DNA from: Sedimentisphaeraceae bacterium JB056
GTDB lineage: Bacteria > Planctomycetota > Phycisphaerae > Sedimentisphaerales > Sedimentisphaeraceae
Direction: 5' to 3'
NCBI GenBank assembly: GCA_044440125.1
Contig: JBITAJ010000012.1
Location: 224,001-288,000 of the forward strand
DNA length: 64,000 nucleotides
Below are positions 28,059 to 36,589 of this stretch, piece by piece. The notes beneath the pieces were generated by a model. The model was not told the origin of the DNA and did not search any database. It saw nothing but the letters and a program-made list of their open reading frames with translations. The number at the start of each line of letters is the position of its first letter. The stretch's first letter is position 1. Made by a program: the position numbers and the translations under genes.

Positions 28059-29195
28059 GTGAGCAAAGAAAGTAAATATACAGTTTATGGCAAGAAAATC
28101 GACACTCTGATTGATGGGCATCTTGAACGCATCAATGAGGGGGTGTTGTCTATTGTTGGCGAGGCTGATCTTGAGGCTGTTATTCTTTGCGGTGGTTATG
28201 GTCGTGGCGAAGGCGGGGTGTTTATTGGTGCTGATGGAACCGAAAACCTGTATAACGACTATGATATGATGGTTTTGATAAAGCCAGTAAGCGGTGAGAA
28301 AAAGGCTCAATACAAACGTGAGCTTACTGAATTTGGTGAGCATATGGGTGAAGATATAGGCATTGATGTTGATTTCGGGCCGCTGAAAACCGTCAGCCAG
28401 ATCAAAAACAGTGAATTTACTCTTTTCAATTATGAGTTCAAATATGGGCATATGGTAACATACGGCCCGCAGGACATACTCGACAATATACCAGAATTTG
28501 ACGGCAACCAGATACCAATCATAGAAGCAACCAAGCTGCTTCTTAACAGGGCGGTTGGCCTTTTGCTTTCGAAGGAGAAGCTAAAAGCAGGCAAGCTTTC
28601 CGAGACTGATAATGAATTTGTGACGAGGAATATCTACAAGGCGATTATGGCTTCGGGAGATGCCGTACTTATGTGCGAAGGTACGTATGACTACTCCTAC
28701 AGCAAGCGTCTTGAACTTATGAAAGCGATTAAGGGCTCATCCTTAGTCAGGCAGCTTGATATATATGAGCTTTACTGCGATTCCATGAAGTATAAGTTTG
28801 TGCCGGAGAAGAATATCTACGATGAAAAACAGTTGTCAGAGCTTCTTGAAAAGGCTTCTGACCAACTTATGGAGATGTTTTATAAGACAGCAGCCAAAGC
28901 GCATAATGCTGACAGCAATAATACTTACAGAATATTCTCCAGAGGGATGTTTAATGAGTGCTGCTTGAAATCGCTGGTTAAAAATGTGCTTCTTAATTTT
29001 AAAACGTTTAAGTCCAAGGCGTTCAATATTAACTGGCTAATGAAATATCCAAGATACCGCCTTTTTTACAGTCTGCCGTTTTTGATGGGGTGCGAAAGTA
29101 AGCCGTCAAAAGCAGAAGTACTTAATGCGTTAGGTATTAGCAGCGATTATGATATTCATAAGAGATTTATCACTTTGTGGGAAAGATTTGGCTGA
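28059..29195 (+). CDS. Pol-beta-superfamily nucleotidyltransferase-like protein with helical C-terminal domain
   Basis: VILCGGYGRGEG followed by NDYDM and a third acidic strand (IDVDF); GTG start; no signal peptide. Confidence 0.7.
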   Translation: MSKESKYTVYGKKIDTLIDGHLERINEGVLSIVGEADLEAVILCGGYGRGEGGVFIGADGTENLYNDYDMMVLIKPVSGEKKAQYKRELTEFGEHMGEDIGIDVDFGPLKTVSQIKNSEFTLFNYEFKYGHMVTYGPQDILDNIPEFDGNQIPIIEATKLLLNRAVGLLLSKEKLKAGKLSETDNEFVTRNIYKAIMASGDAVLMCEGTYDYSYSKRLELMKAIKGSSLVRQLDIYELYCDSMKYKFVPEKNIYDEKQLSELLEKASDQLMEMFYKTAAKAHNADSNNTYRIFSRGMFNECCLKSLVKNVLLNFKTFKSKAFNINWLMKYPRYRLFYSLPFLMGCESKPSKAEVLNALGISSDYDIHKRFITLWERFG

Positions 29196-30340
29196 TGGGT
29201 AAGAAACTGACATTATTCGTATTTATCGATGCCTTTGGCTGGGAAGTCTATCAGAATTACGGTTTTCTGGGTGATTTACTTCCGAATGCGAGGAGGCTTG
29301 AAACAACATTCGGTTTTTCCTCTGCGGCAGACCCTTCGATTCTTACAGGCAGATATCCCGATGAACATACTCATTGGTCGTGTTTTTACTATTCGCCGGA
29401 GACCTCGCCGTTTAAGTGTATGAAGCTTGTATCCTTTTTGCCACGCAAGATATTCGATCGCTGGAGAATCAGGCATTGGATGAGTAAGATACTGGGCAAG
29501 ATCTACGGCTGGACGGGTTATTTCGAGCTTTACAGTGTACCGTTTGCCGCATTGCCGTATTTTGATTATTCAGAGAAAAAGGACTATTTCGTTCCCGGCG
29601 GGATAATGCGTACAGATACAATTTTTGATTATTGTGTCGAAAAAGGTATAAAATATCATTGCTCTAACTGGCGAAAAGGCGAAAATGAGGTGATTGCCGA
29701 TCTCAAAGGTCATATTGAGCAGGGCGAGATTGAGTTTTCGTATCTGTATTTGCCGAAGCTTGATGCGGTTATGCATCAGTATGGTACAGTGGCTCCTCAA
29801 GTTGAAGATAAAATACACTGGCTTGAAGAGCAGATAAAGGATGTTTATGAATTTGCCGGTGAACATTATGATGAGGTTGCCTTATACGCAATATCCGATC
29901 ATGGTATGGCAAATGTTACGGGCAGTGTTGATCTTATCTCAAAGATCGAAGCGACTGGTTTGAAATTCGGTGATGATTATGTTGCTATGTACGATTCAAC
30001 GATGGCCAGATTCTGGTTCATGAATGAAGGAAGTGCCGAGAAAATAAACTCAGTTCTCAAAGAGGTGGAAGAAGGTTATATAGTATCAGATGAAGAAATG
30101 AAAGATATGCATGTATTCTTCCCTGATTACCGATTTGGAGAGACTATATTTTTGATCAATGCCGGAACTTTGATCGTCCCGAGTTTTATGGGGCTTACTT
30201 CGATTCCGGGTATGCACGGCTATCATCCTCACGACAAGGATTCTTATAGCTTCATACTTGGAAACCGGCCTATTGGTGAGAATATAAACTCTATAACTGA
30301 CATTAGAAAGGTAATGGAACAGGAACTGAACGATGTATGA
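29195..30340 (+). CDS. Alkaline-phosphatase superfamily nucleotide pyrophosphatase/phosphodiesterase
   Basis: VFIDAFG, SSAADPSILTG, LDAVMH, ISDHGM, GMHGY metal-ligand motifs; TGATG overlap with upstream gene; no signal peptide. Confidence 0.85.
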   Translation: MGKKLTLFVFIDAFGWEVYQNYGFLGDLLPNARRLETTFGFSSAADPSILTGRYPDEHTHWSCFYYSPETSPFKCMKLVSFLPRKIFDRWRIRHWMSKILGKIYGWTGYFELYSVPFAALPYFDYSEKKDYFVPGGIMRTDTIFDYCVEKGIKYHCSNWRKGENEVIADLKGHIEQGEIEFSYLYLPKLDAVMHQYGTVAPQVEDKIHWLEEQIKDVYEFAGEHYDEVALYAISDHGMANVTGSVDLISKIEATGLKFGDDYVAMYDSTMARFWFMNEGSAEKINSVLKEVEEGYIVSDEEMKDMHVFFPDYRFGETIFLINAGTLIVPSFMGLTSIPGMHGYHPHDKDSYSFILGNRPIGENINSITDIRKVMEQELNDV

Positions 30341-32375
30341 AAGCCAGGAAAATATTGCAGCGGCCAATGCACCGTCGGTTAAAAAGGAAGCGCCGGGAGT
30401 AAGTCTGCTTATACGCTTGAATATCAAGTATATAATCAAGCTTCTTGTGCTCTGGATGATACCGATAACTCTTATATCCCTGCTCACCGGTCTGTCTTCT
30501 TATTTGCTCATATCAAAGTATAAGTCAAAGGTCTATATGGCAAGGACGCTGCTTCTTCGTTATGAGAAGGGAGTCTCGAGAACAAGCGATGTGCCGTATC
30601 TGTATCCGGAGATCAATCTTAATACTCTTCTTGAAACAGTTAAGCTTCCTCAGAACCTTGAGGCTGTTATAGACAAGCTTGGTCTTGATCTCAGCGAGAG
30701 TGAACTCTTTGATATTATATATGTTCAGCCGGGCAACAGGTCTAATACGATACATATATTCGTATACTACAGTGACCCTGTTTTGGCTGCAACTATTGCA
30801 AATACTATCAGTGAGGTTTATATTGATGCGTATTCTCGCATTTTCAACTCAGCGGCGGGAAAAATGTATGAGTATTACTTATCCCAACGCAATGTTGTGA
30901 TGAAAGAGGTTAGTGAGGCAGAGGAAAGCTTGCTTGCCTATCGGGAAGCCAAGGGGCTCTATATGGCCGATGAAGAGCTAAAACTCAAACTGAAACAGCT
31001 TAGTGAAACCGATCTGAAGCATGAAGAAGCAGGCTTGAAGAAAAAGGAGCTTGCTTCCAAGGTAAATGACCTCAAGGAACGAATAGGGAAGCTTCCTGAT
31101 ACTGTGAAAATAAGTGAGACCATGACGAGCCAGAGAGAAAAGGAATTGCAATTTCTCCAGCGTGAACTCGAACTTATGCTTCAGAAATATACAGAGTCTC
31201 ACCCAGAGGTTTTAGAGCTTAAGATGAAGATAGAACAGCTCGAAAGTGAGCTTCGTGATGGGTCTGAAAGCAATAAAACGCTTCCTGACAGTGAGACATT
31301 TGCTCAAAATTCCCTAAAACAATCGCTGATACTTGAGCTTAACCGAATGGAAAATGAGCTTAATGCTCTTGACGAACAAATGGAAGCTTACCAGGAGATG
31401 ATGGGCAATATACAAAATGAGCTCCATGATCTCAGCAGTGTTCAGGAGACGTATTTTAATCTTAAGCAGAAAGTTGATTCAGCTCGTGAGCTTCTTGACA
31501 CCGTTGACAAGAGAATTTCTGATGCCAGAATCGCAAGAGATGCTAATACCCATGATATTGCAATACTTGAGCGTGCCGTTCCTCCTGTTTCTCCGGAAGC
31601 AACGGGCCGCAAGCTCATGGCAATAATTTCAACCTTTGGTATGGCTTTCATTGGTCTTGTCTTCATAATGGCTTATGCGATATTCAGCCCTGGTGTCAAG
31701 GTTCCAAGTGATATAGATTCGATGCCAGCGGTTGAGTTTATAGGTGTCTTGCCGAGAAAGAAGAATTCTACCCTTGCTACTTATTTTTCAACGCTTCAAG
31801 TCGTTGTAAATAGAATTGATGATCATTTCAATGATGATAAGCCTACTTTGATAACTTTCTCTTCACTTAAACGAAAAGAAGGAAAGAGTACTATCATTGA
31901 TGATATTACCGATATGAAGTCGACTACCGGTAAGAAGATACTGATACTCAAACGCGTGAGGGAGAGTGAGTACAACAGAAATATTCAGATACCAGAAAGT
32001 TCAATAGTTAACCTTGGTTCTATTGGTGATGAGGTGTCCGAGCGTCCTAAGCCCGTTGAGCTGAGCGGTAATATATCTCGCTTGTACTATATAGTTGATC
32101 GTAATATAAGCAAGATGAATATAACACCTGAGACGGTTAATAATCTGCTTAATAACTATAATGATTATGACTATATATTCATAGAATTGTTCCCTCCAAA
32201 ACGCAATCTTCAGGTTTCTTCCTGTTTCATGCGTATGGCTGATTACAATATTCTTATAACATGTTATGGCAAGAACAACTTTGCAGTGATCGACAAAATT
32301 ACAAGAAGTGCTGTAAGGGGAACTGAACGCAAGATAGGAACTGTAATAAATTGTGGCGATCTGAGTCTTGTTTGA
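30333..32375 (+). CDS. Polysaccharide co-polymerase (Wzc/GumC-like) with degenerate kinase domain
   Basis: Two TM segments flanking a long coiled coil, YTESHPEV, ILERAVPP, residual Walker A EGKST. Confidence 0.85.
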   Translation: MYESQENIAAANAPSVKKEAPGVSLLIRLNIKYIIKLLVLWMIPITLISLLTGLSSYLLISKYKSKVYMARTLLLRYEKGVSRTSDVPYLYPEINLNTLLETVKLPQNLEAVIDKLGLDLSESELFDIIYVQPGNRSNTIHIFVYYSDPVLAATIANTISEVYIDAYSRIFNSAAGKMYEYYLSQRNVVMKEVSEAEESLLAYREAKGLYMADEELKLKLKQLSETDLKHEEAGLKKKELASKVNDLKERIGKLPDTVKISETMTSQREKELQFLQRELELMLQKYTESHPEVLELKMKIEQLESELRDGSESNKTLPDSETFAQNSLKQSLILELNRMENELNALDEQMEAYQEMMGNIQNELHDLSSVQETYFNLKQKVDSARELLDTVDKRISDARIARDANTHDIAILERAVPPVSPEATGRKLMAIISTFGMAFIGLVFIMAYAIFSPGVKVPSDIDSMPAVEFIGVLPRKKNSTLATYFSTLQVVVNRIDDHFNDDKPTLITFSSLKRKEGKSTIIDDITDMKSTTGKKILILKRVRESEYNRNIQIPESSIVNLGSIGDEVSERPKPVELSGNISRLYYIVDRNISKMNITPETVNNLLNNYNDYDYIFIELFPPKRNLQVSSCFMRMADYNILITCYGKNNFAVIDKITRSAVRGTERKIGTVINCGDLSLV

Positions 32376-32385
32376 GAGTGATAAA

Positions 32386-33447
32386 ATGAACTACCGATTA
32401 ATATCTATAAATCTTGTTATATTGTTGGCCGCATTGTTTTGCGGCTGCGAGCAAAGAGAGCGTTTTGTTAAATACGACAAAGTGTCACCGGAACTGGATG
32501 TGATATCATATACTTATGTTGGCAAGCCGGTTCGTACTGAGCAGCAGGTTGTCGAGGAACTCAAAGAGCTTCAGAAGGTTGGGACAGAAGCTTATCGTAT
32601 AGGTATGTCAGATGTGTTCGGTTTTTCTGTCTTCGGAGAAAAGTCGCTTGAGGTGACTGATGTTGTTGTCAGGACCGACGGCTGCATTACTTTGCCGCTT
32701 ATAGGTGATGTTGATGTTGAAGGGCTTACTATGCCTGAGGCTACTTCTCTTATTGACCAGAAATACAAAAAGTATCTTCTTGAGCCGAGATGCATACTTA
32801 TGCCTAAAGAAATAAACAGCGGAAGCTTTACCATTCTTGGCAAGATAGTCCATCCGGGTGTATATCCGATTGGAAGAAAAATGACGCTTGTGGATGCCGT
32901 TGCAACCTCTGGCGGTTTTGCAATAGGATACTTTCGAGGCAATACGGTGGAGATGGCAGATCTTGAGCATTCTTATGTAGTAAGAGATAATGAAGTGCTG
33001 CCGGTGGATTTTGTTCGTCTTATAAAGGACGGTGATATGCTCCACAATATTCCGATAAGACCGAGTGATTATATTTATGTTCCTTCTGCGAGAAATCAGG
33101 AAGTTTATGTTCTTGGTGCGGTTGCTTCTCCTGAGGCTTATGGCTATCGTGATGATATGACTGTCTCGCATGCTATTGCGGCAGCTCGCGGTTTTGTCTC
33201 AGGTTCTCAAAGACGAGATATCAGGGTCCTAAGAGGCAGCTTGAGCAATCCGGTTATATTTAATGTTGATTATACCAAGGTTGAAACGGCACTTCAGCCT
33301 GATTTCAAGCTTCGTCCCGGAGATATTGTGTATGTACCTCACACAACATTGTTCAAATGGAACGATATTGTTACACAGATATTGCCAAGTATACAGTTGC
33401 TTGATCATGCGGGTATAACTAATAATGATGGTGATGCCGGAAATTAA
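32386..33447 (+). CDS. wza: Polysaccharide export lipoprotein (Wza-like, SLBB repeats)
   Basis: Lipobox FCGC; VRTDGCITLPLIGDV, VYVLGAV, LRPGDIVYVP; ATG 32386 preferred to TTG 32368. Confidence 0.88.
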   Translation: MNYRLISINLVILLAALFCGCEQRERFVKYDKVSPELDVISYTYVGKPVRTEQQVVEELKELQKVGTEAYRIGMSDVFGFSVFGEKSLEVTDVVVRTDGCITLPLIGDVDVEGLTMPEATSLIDQKYKKYLLEPRCILMPKEINSGSFTILGKIVHPGVYPIGRKMTLVDAVATSGGFAIGYFRGNTVEMADLEHSYVVRDNEVLPVDFVRLIKDGDMLHNIPIRPSDYIYVPSARNQEVYVLGAVASPEAYGYRDDMTVSHAIAAARGFVSGSQRRDIRVLRGSLSNPVIFNVDYTKVETALQPDFKLRPGDIVYVPHTTLFKWNDIVTQILPSIQLLDHAGITNNDGDAGN

Positions 33448-33505
33448 TGTTATCAAGTTTCAGTGTGTGTCAGATTCTATATATAAATCGTCGTAAGAGT
33501 TAAAT

Positions 33506-34852
33506 ATGGTTGAACTGAAATATGTTGTCTTTATGATTATGTTTGTGACGCTGGTTCCAACAGCTGCTATCGCAATCATAAGATTTCCTAAGTTCAGTTG
33601 GCTGGCGCTTTTTACCGCGATATTTTTTACTGCGAATATGGTTGATATCAATTTTGTCTCGCGAGAGACATACAGGGGAACCTCACGCGGCTTTGAGGTT
33701 GGTATGGTTGATATCGCAACACTCGTCTTGTTTGCCTATGCATTGAAAAACAGGCTTAGGTATAAATTCAACCCTCTTCCAAGAGGCTCGCTGATATATT
33801 TTGCTTATTTTTTGTGCTGCGCAATATCAATAGTGAATTGTGAAGAAAAACTCTATGGTTTTTTTGAACTGTTCAAAATGGTCAGGATATATGTGTTCTT
33901 CTGGACGATGAACAATATCATAATATCACCAAAGGCAGTCAAAAGAGTTGTCTACTTCTTCTCGTTTGTTTCTTTGTATGTGTTTGTATATGTGTTGAGA
34001 GACAAGTATCTTTATGGGATGTATCAAAACAGCGGCCCGTTTCCGCACCAGAATTCCCTCGTGATGTACCTGATGATACTGGCGAACATTCATTTTTCAT
34101 GCTGGATGTCATCAAGAAATTTCAAGGAGATCGTGTATTGGTGTGTTGTTGTCGCCGGAGAGCTGTTCTGTATTGTTTCCACTCTCTCCCGCGCAGGCAT
34201 TGCGCTTACTGCTGTCTCAATGTGTATCGTATTGCTTTTCCATATGTCGTGGCGTGTTAATTTCAAGAAATTTGCAGTTGTAGCTTTGCTTGCGGTCATG
34301 GGAATTGCCGGTCTTGCAAAGTCTCTTGATTCTATTGTCACGAGGTTTCAGACTGCTCCGGAGGAGTCGGCTAATACTCGTGTGAAGCTTGCCAAGGCTG
34401 CGGTCAAGATGGCTGATGATAAAAAAGTTGGAGTGGGTTTGAATAACTACAGCTTGAAGATGTCAACAAAATATTCTTATTCTTCGCATATAGATGTGAA
34501 AGTATCTGATAATGGAGAAGAAGAGGCCGGTGGTATTGTAGAGACCGTTTATCTCCTTATTGCCTCAGAATGCGGCTGGCATACTCTTGGCGTATACTTC
34601 TTTTTATTGCTGACGTTTTATATGAGGAATATGGTTAATTTATTTCTCACTAAGGATGTTTTCCTTAAAACTGTATGCATCGGTTTGTTTGCCGGACTTG
34701 CAGGTATATATGTTGAATCTGCGTTGGAATGGGTTCTGAAGCAGACCAATAATTTTTATCAATTGATGATGATGTTTGCGATAATCAACGCTATAACCAG
34801 ACTGCGTCAGAACGATAACAATCTGATGGAACCTCAACAGATAGAAGAATAA
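33506..34852 (+). CDS. O-antigen ligase / Wzy-like polymerase
   Basis: Highly hydrophobic multi-TM protein; GPFPHQN, TLSRAG, GVGLNNY motifs; between wza and wzx. Confidence 0.8.
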   Translation: MVELKYVVFMIMFVTLVPTAAIAIIRFPKFSWLALFTAIFFTANMVDINFVSRETYRGTSRGFEVGMVDIATLVLFAYALKNRLRYKFNPLPRGSLIYFAYFLCCAISIVNCEEKLYGFFELFKMVRIYVFFWTMNNIIISPKAVKRVVYFFSFVSLYVFVYVLRDKYLYGMYQNSGPFPHQNSLVMYLMILANIHFSCWMSSRNFKEIVYWCVVVAGELFCIVSTLSRAGIALTAVSMCIVLLFHMSWRVNFKKFAVVALLAVMGIAGLAKSLDSIVTRFQTAPEESANTRVKLAKAAVKMADDKKVGVGLNNYSLKMSTKYSYSSHIDVKVSDNGEEEAGGIVETVYLLIASECGWHTLGVYFFLLLTFYMRNMVNLFLTKDVFLKTVCIGLFAGLAGIYVESALEWVLKQTNNFYQLMMMFAIINAITRLRQNDNNLMEPQQIEE

Positions 34853-34871
34853 TTTTTCAAGGATTTTATAT

Positions 34872-36410
34872 ATGGCTGACGGACAGATTAAGCGAACTAT
34901 GTTCTGGAACACCTTAAGCAACTATTGGACGCTTGCTATACATATTGTCATGATGGTGCTGTTGGTGAAAATCCAATTTCAGGGCATACCAAAACAGGAT
35001 TACGGTTTTTGGGGGTTGCTGTGGTCTGTGTTTGGGTATTCACTGCTGCTTGATTTCGGTTTTGGAACAAGTATCCAGAAATACACCAGTGAGGTATCCG
35101 TAACCGGTAACTGGAAAAAATATAATCAACTTGTAAGTACGGTTTTTTTCAGCTACTGTATTCTTGCAGTAGTTATAATAATTGCGACGATTATTTTAAG
35201 CAATTTTGTTGGCCAAATGTTTAAATTGGAAGAAGGCAGTGATGTTACCAGGTATAAGACTGTGTTTCTTATGTTTGGTATCGGTACGGCACTGATATTT
35301 CCAACTGGTTTCTTTGCAGAGATTCTTAGAGGTATACAGCTCATAAAGCTTCGCAATTGCATATCTGTAACCTGCTCGATAGCCAACTTTTTGGGAATCG
35401 TAGTAGCAGTCAAAATGGGTTATTCACTGATGGTTATGACCGTAGTTACGGTTGTTACTCATCTTTTATCCAATGTTATAATGGCATTTTTCAGTTTCAG
35501 AAGGATGCCGGAGTTCAAGATACATCTTTCTGAGTATCAGCTTAACCTTTTGAAAGAGGTAATGAGTTTCTCTCTGTTTGCTTATCTGATAATGTTCAGT
35601 AACCTGATAATTTTTAAGACTGATCAGATCGTTATATCAGTTTTTGCTTCCGTAGAACTTGTAGCTTTTTATCAGATTGCTTCAAGGCTTGCCAGTACCT
35701 TTATGAGTTTTTCTACTCAGTTCAACGACAATCTTGGCCCAATAGCATCTGTGTTTCACACTTCCGGCAGAAGTGATGAACTGGCTTCAATGCAGCTTTA
35801 TACGAGTCGTATTATTGGCTTTATCGCTACGTTTATGCTTGTGCCGTTGGTGGCCTATATTGGTCCGCTGCTTGAAGTGTGGCTGGAACTTACAGAGCCT
35901 GCAAGTAGAATGTGTTCGATTATTCTGCTTTTATCTACTTATTTTCTTGTACTTTTCAGAAGCGGATCAGTTCAGATATTGCTGATGTGCGGCAGAGAAA
36001 AAGAGCTGACTGCGGTTGCTATAGTGGAATGTCTCGCAAATCTTGTCGTTAGTATCATACTTGTTAAACATCTTGGTATTGTAGGTGTGGCTCTCGGCAC
36101 ACTGATTCCAAACATTGTACTCGGATGTGTATACAATATACCTGTTGCCTGTAAATTTGCTAAGGTAGGTATGTGGGAGTTTTTCTCATTTTCGATTATA
36201 AGAACGCTTGTCGTTGGAGTGATTTCCGCAACGTTTGCGTACTGGCTTTCGCATCTGTACTATCCAGACAGTTTGCTTCTGTTACTTTTATTCTGCTGTG
36301 CGGCTGGAAGTGTATATATGATACTCTTCTACATTCTCGGTATCAGCAGGCAGGAACGCGGACAATTTAACGCTTTGATAGTTAAAGCCATAAAAGAACG
36401 AAAGATATGA
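34872..36410 (+). CDS. wzx: Oligosaccharide flippase (Wzx family)
   Basis: About 14 TM; DYGFWG, LLDFGFG, TDQIVIS, LGIVGVALGT. Confidence 0.88.
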   Translation: MADGQIKRTMFWNTLSNYWTLAIHIVMMVLLVKIQFQGIPKQDYGFWGLLWSVFGYSLLLDFGFGTSIQKYTSEVSVTGNWKKYNQLVSTVFFSYCILAVVIIIATIILSNFVGQMFKLEEGSDVTRYKTVFLMFGIGTALIFPTGFFAEILRGIQLIKLRNCISVTCSIANFLGIVVAVKMGYSLMVMTVVTVVTHLLSNVIMAFFSFRRMPEFKIHLSEYQLNLLKEVMSFSLFAYLIMFSNLIIFKTDQIVISVFASVELVAFYQIASRLASTFMSFSTQFNDNLGPIASVFHTSGRSDELASMQLYTSRIIGFIATFMLVPLVAYIGPLLEVWLELTEPASRMCSIILLLSTYFLVLFRSGSVQILLMCGREKELTAVAIVECLANLVVSIILVKHLGIVGVALGTLIPNIVLGCVYNIPVACKFAKVGMWEFFSFSIIRTLVVGVISATFAYWLSHLYYPDSLLLLLLFCCAAGSVYMILFYILGISRQERGQFNALIVKAIKERKI

Positions 36411-36462
36411 CAAGAATTACGAACGGTTAATGTCGTTGACAGCCAGTAATAGAAATGTTTTC

Positions 36463-36527
36463 TGTTCGTAAATTGGCTATTAAAAGGCGTGATATGGCGT
36501 TGATTATTTTGTTGCATTACGTACCCT
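36463..36527 (+). promoter_or_regulatory. Shared 21-bp-period direct-repeat operator plus promoter, copy 1
   Basis: tgttCGtaaatTGGCtattaaaaggCGtgataTGGCg, then TTGATT-16 bp-TACCCT. Confidence 0.6.
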
Positions 36528-36589
36528 TGTTTTTGTATAATTGAAACAGTGGATTTCACTTGTCAACAAAGTAATTAGGGCTGAGTTTT

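Noticed and set aside
28059..30340. CBASS or MNT-HEPN anti-phage/toxin system
   Set aside because: No recognisable Cap effector or HEPN RxxxxH toxin is adjacent, and the genes overlap EPS export genes
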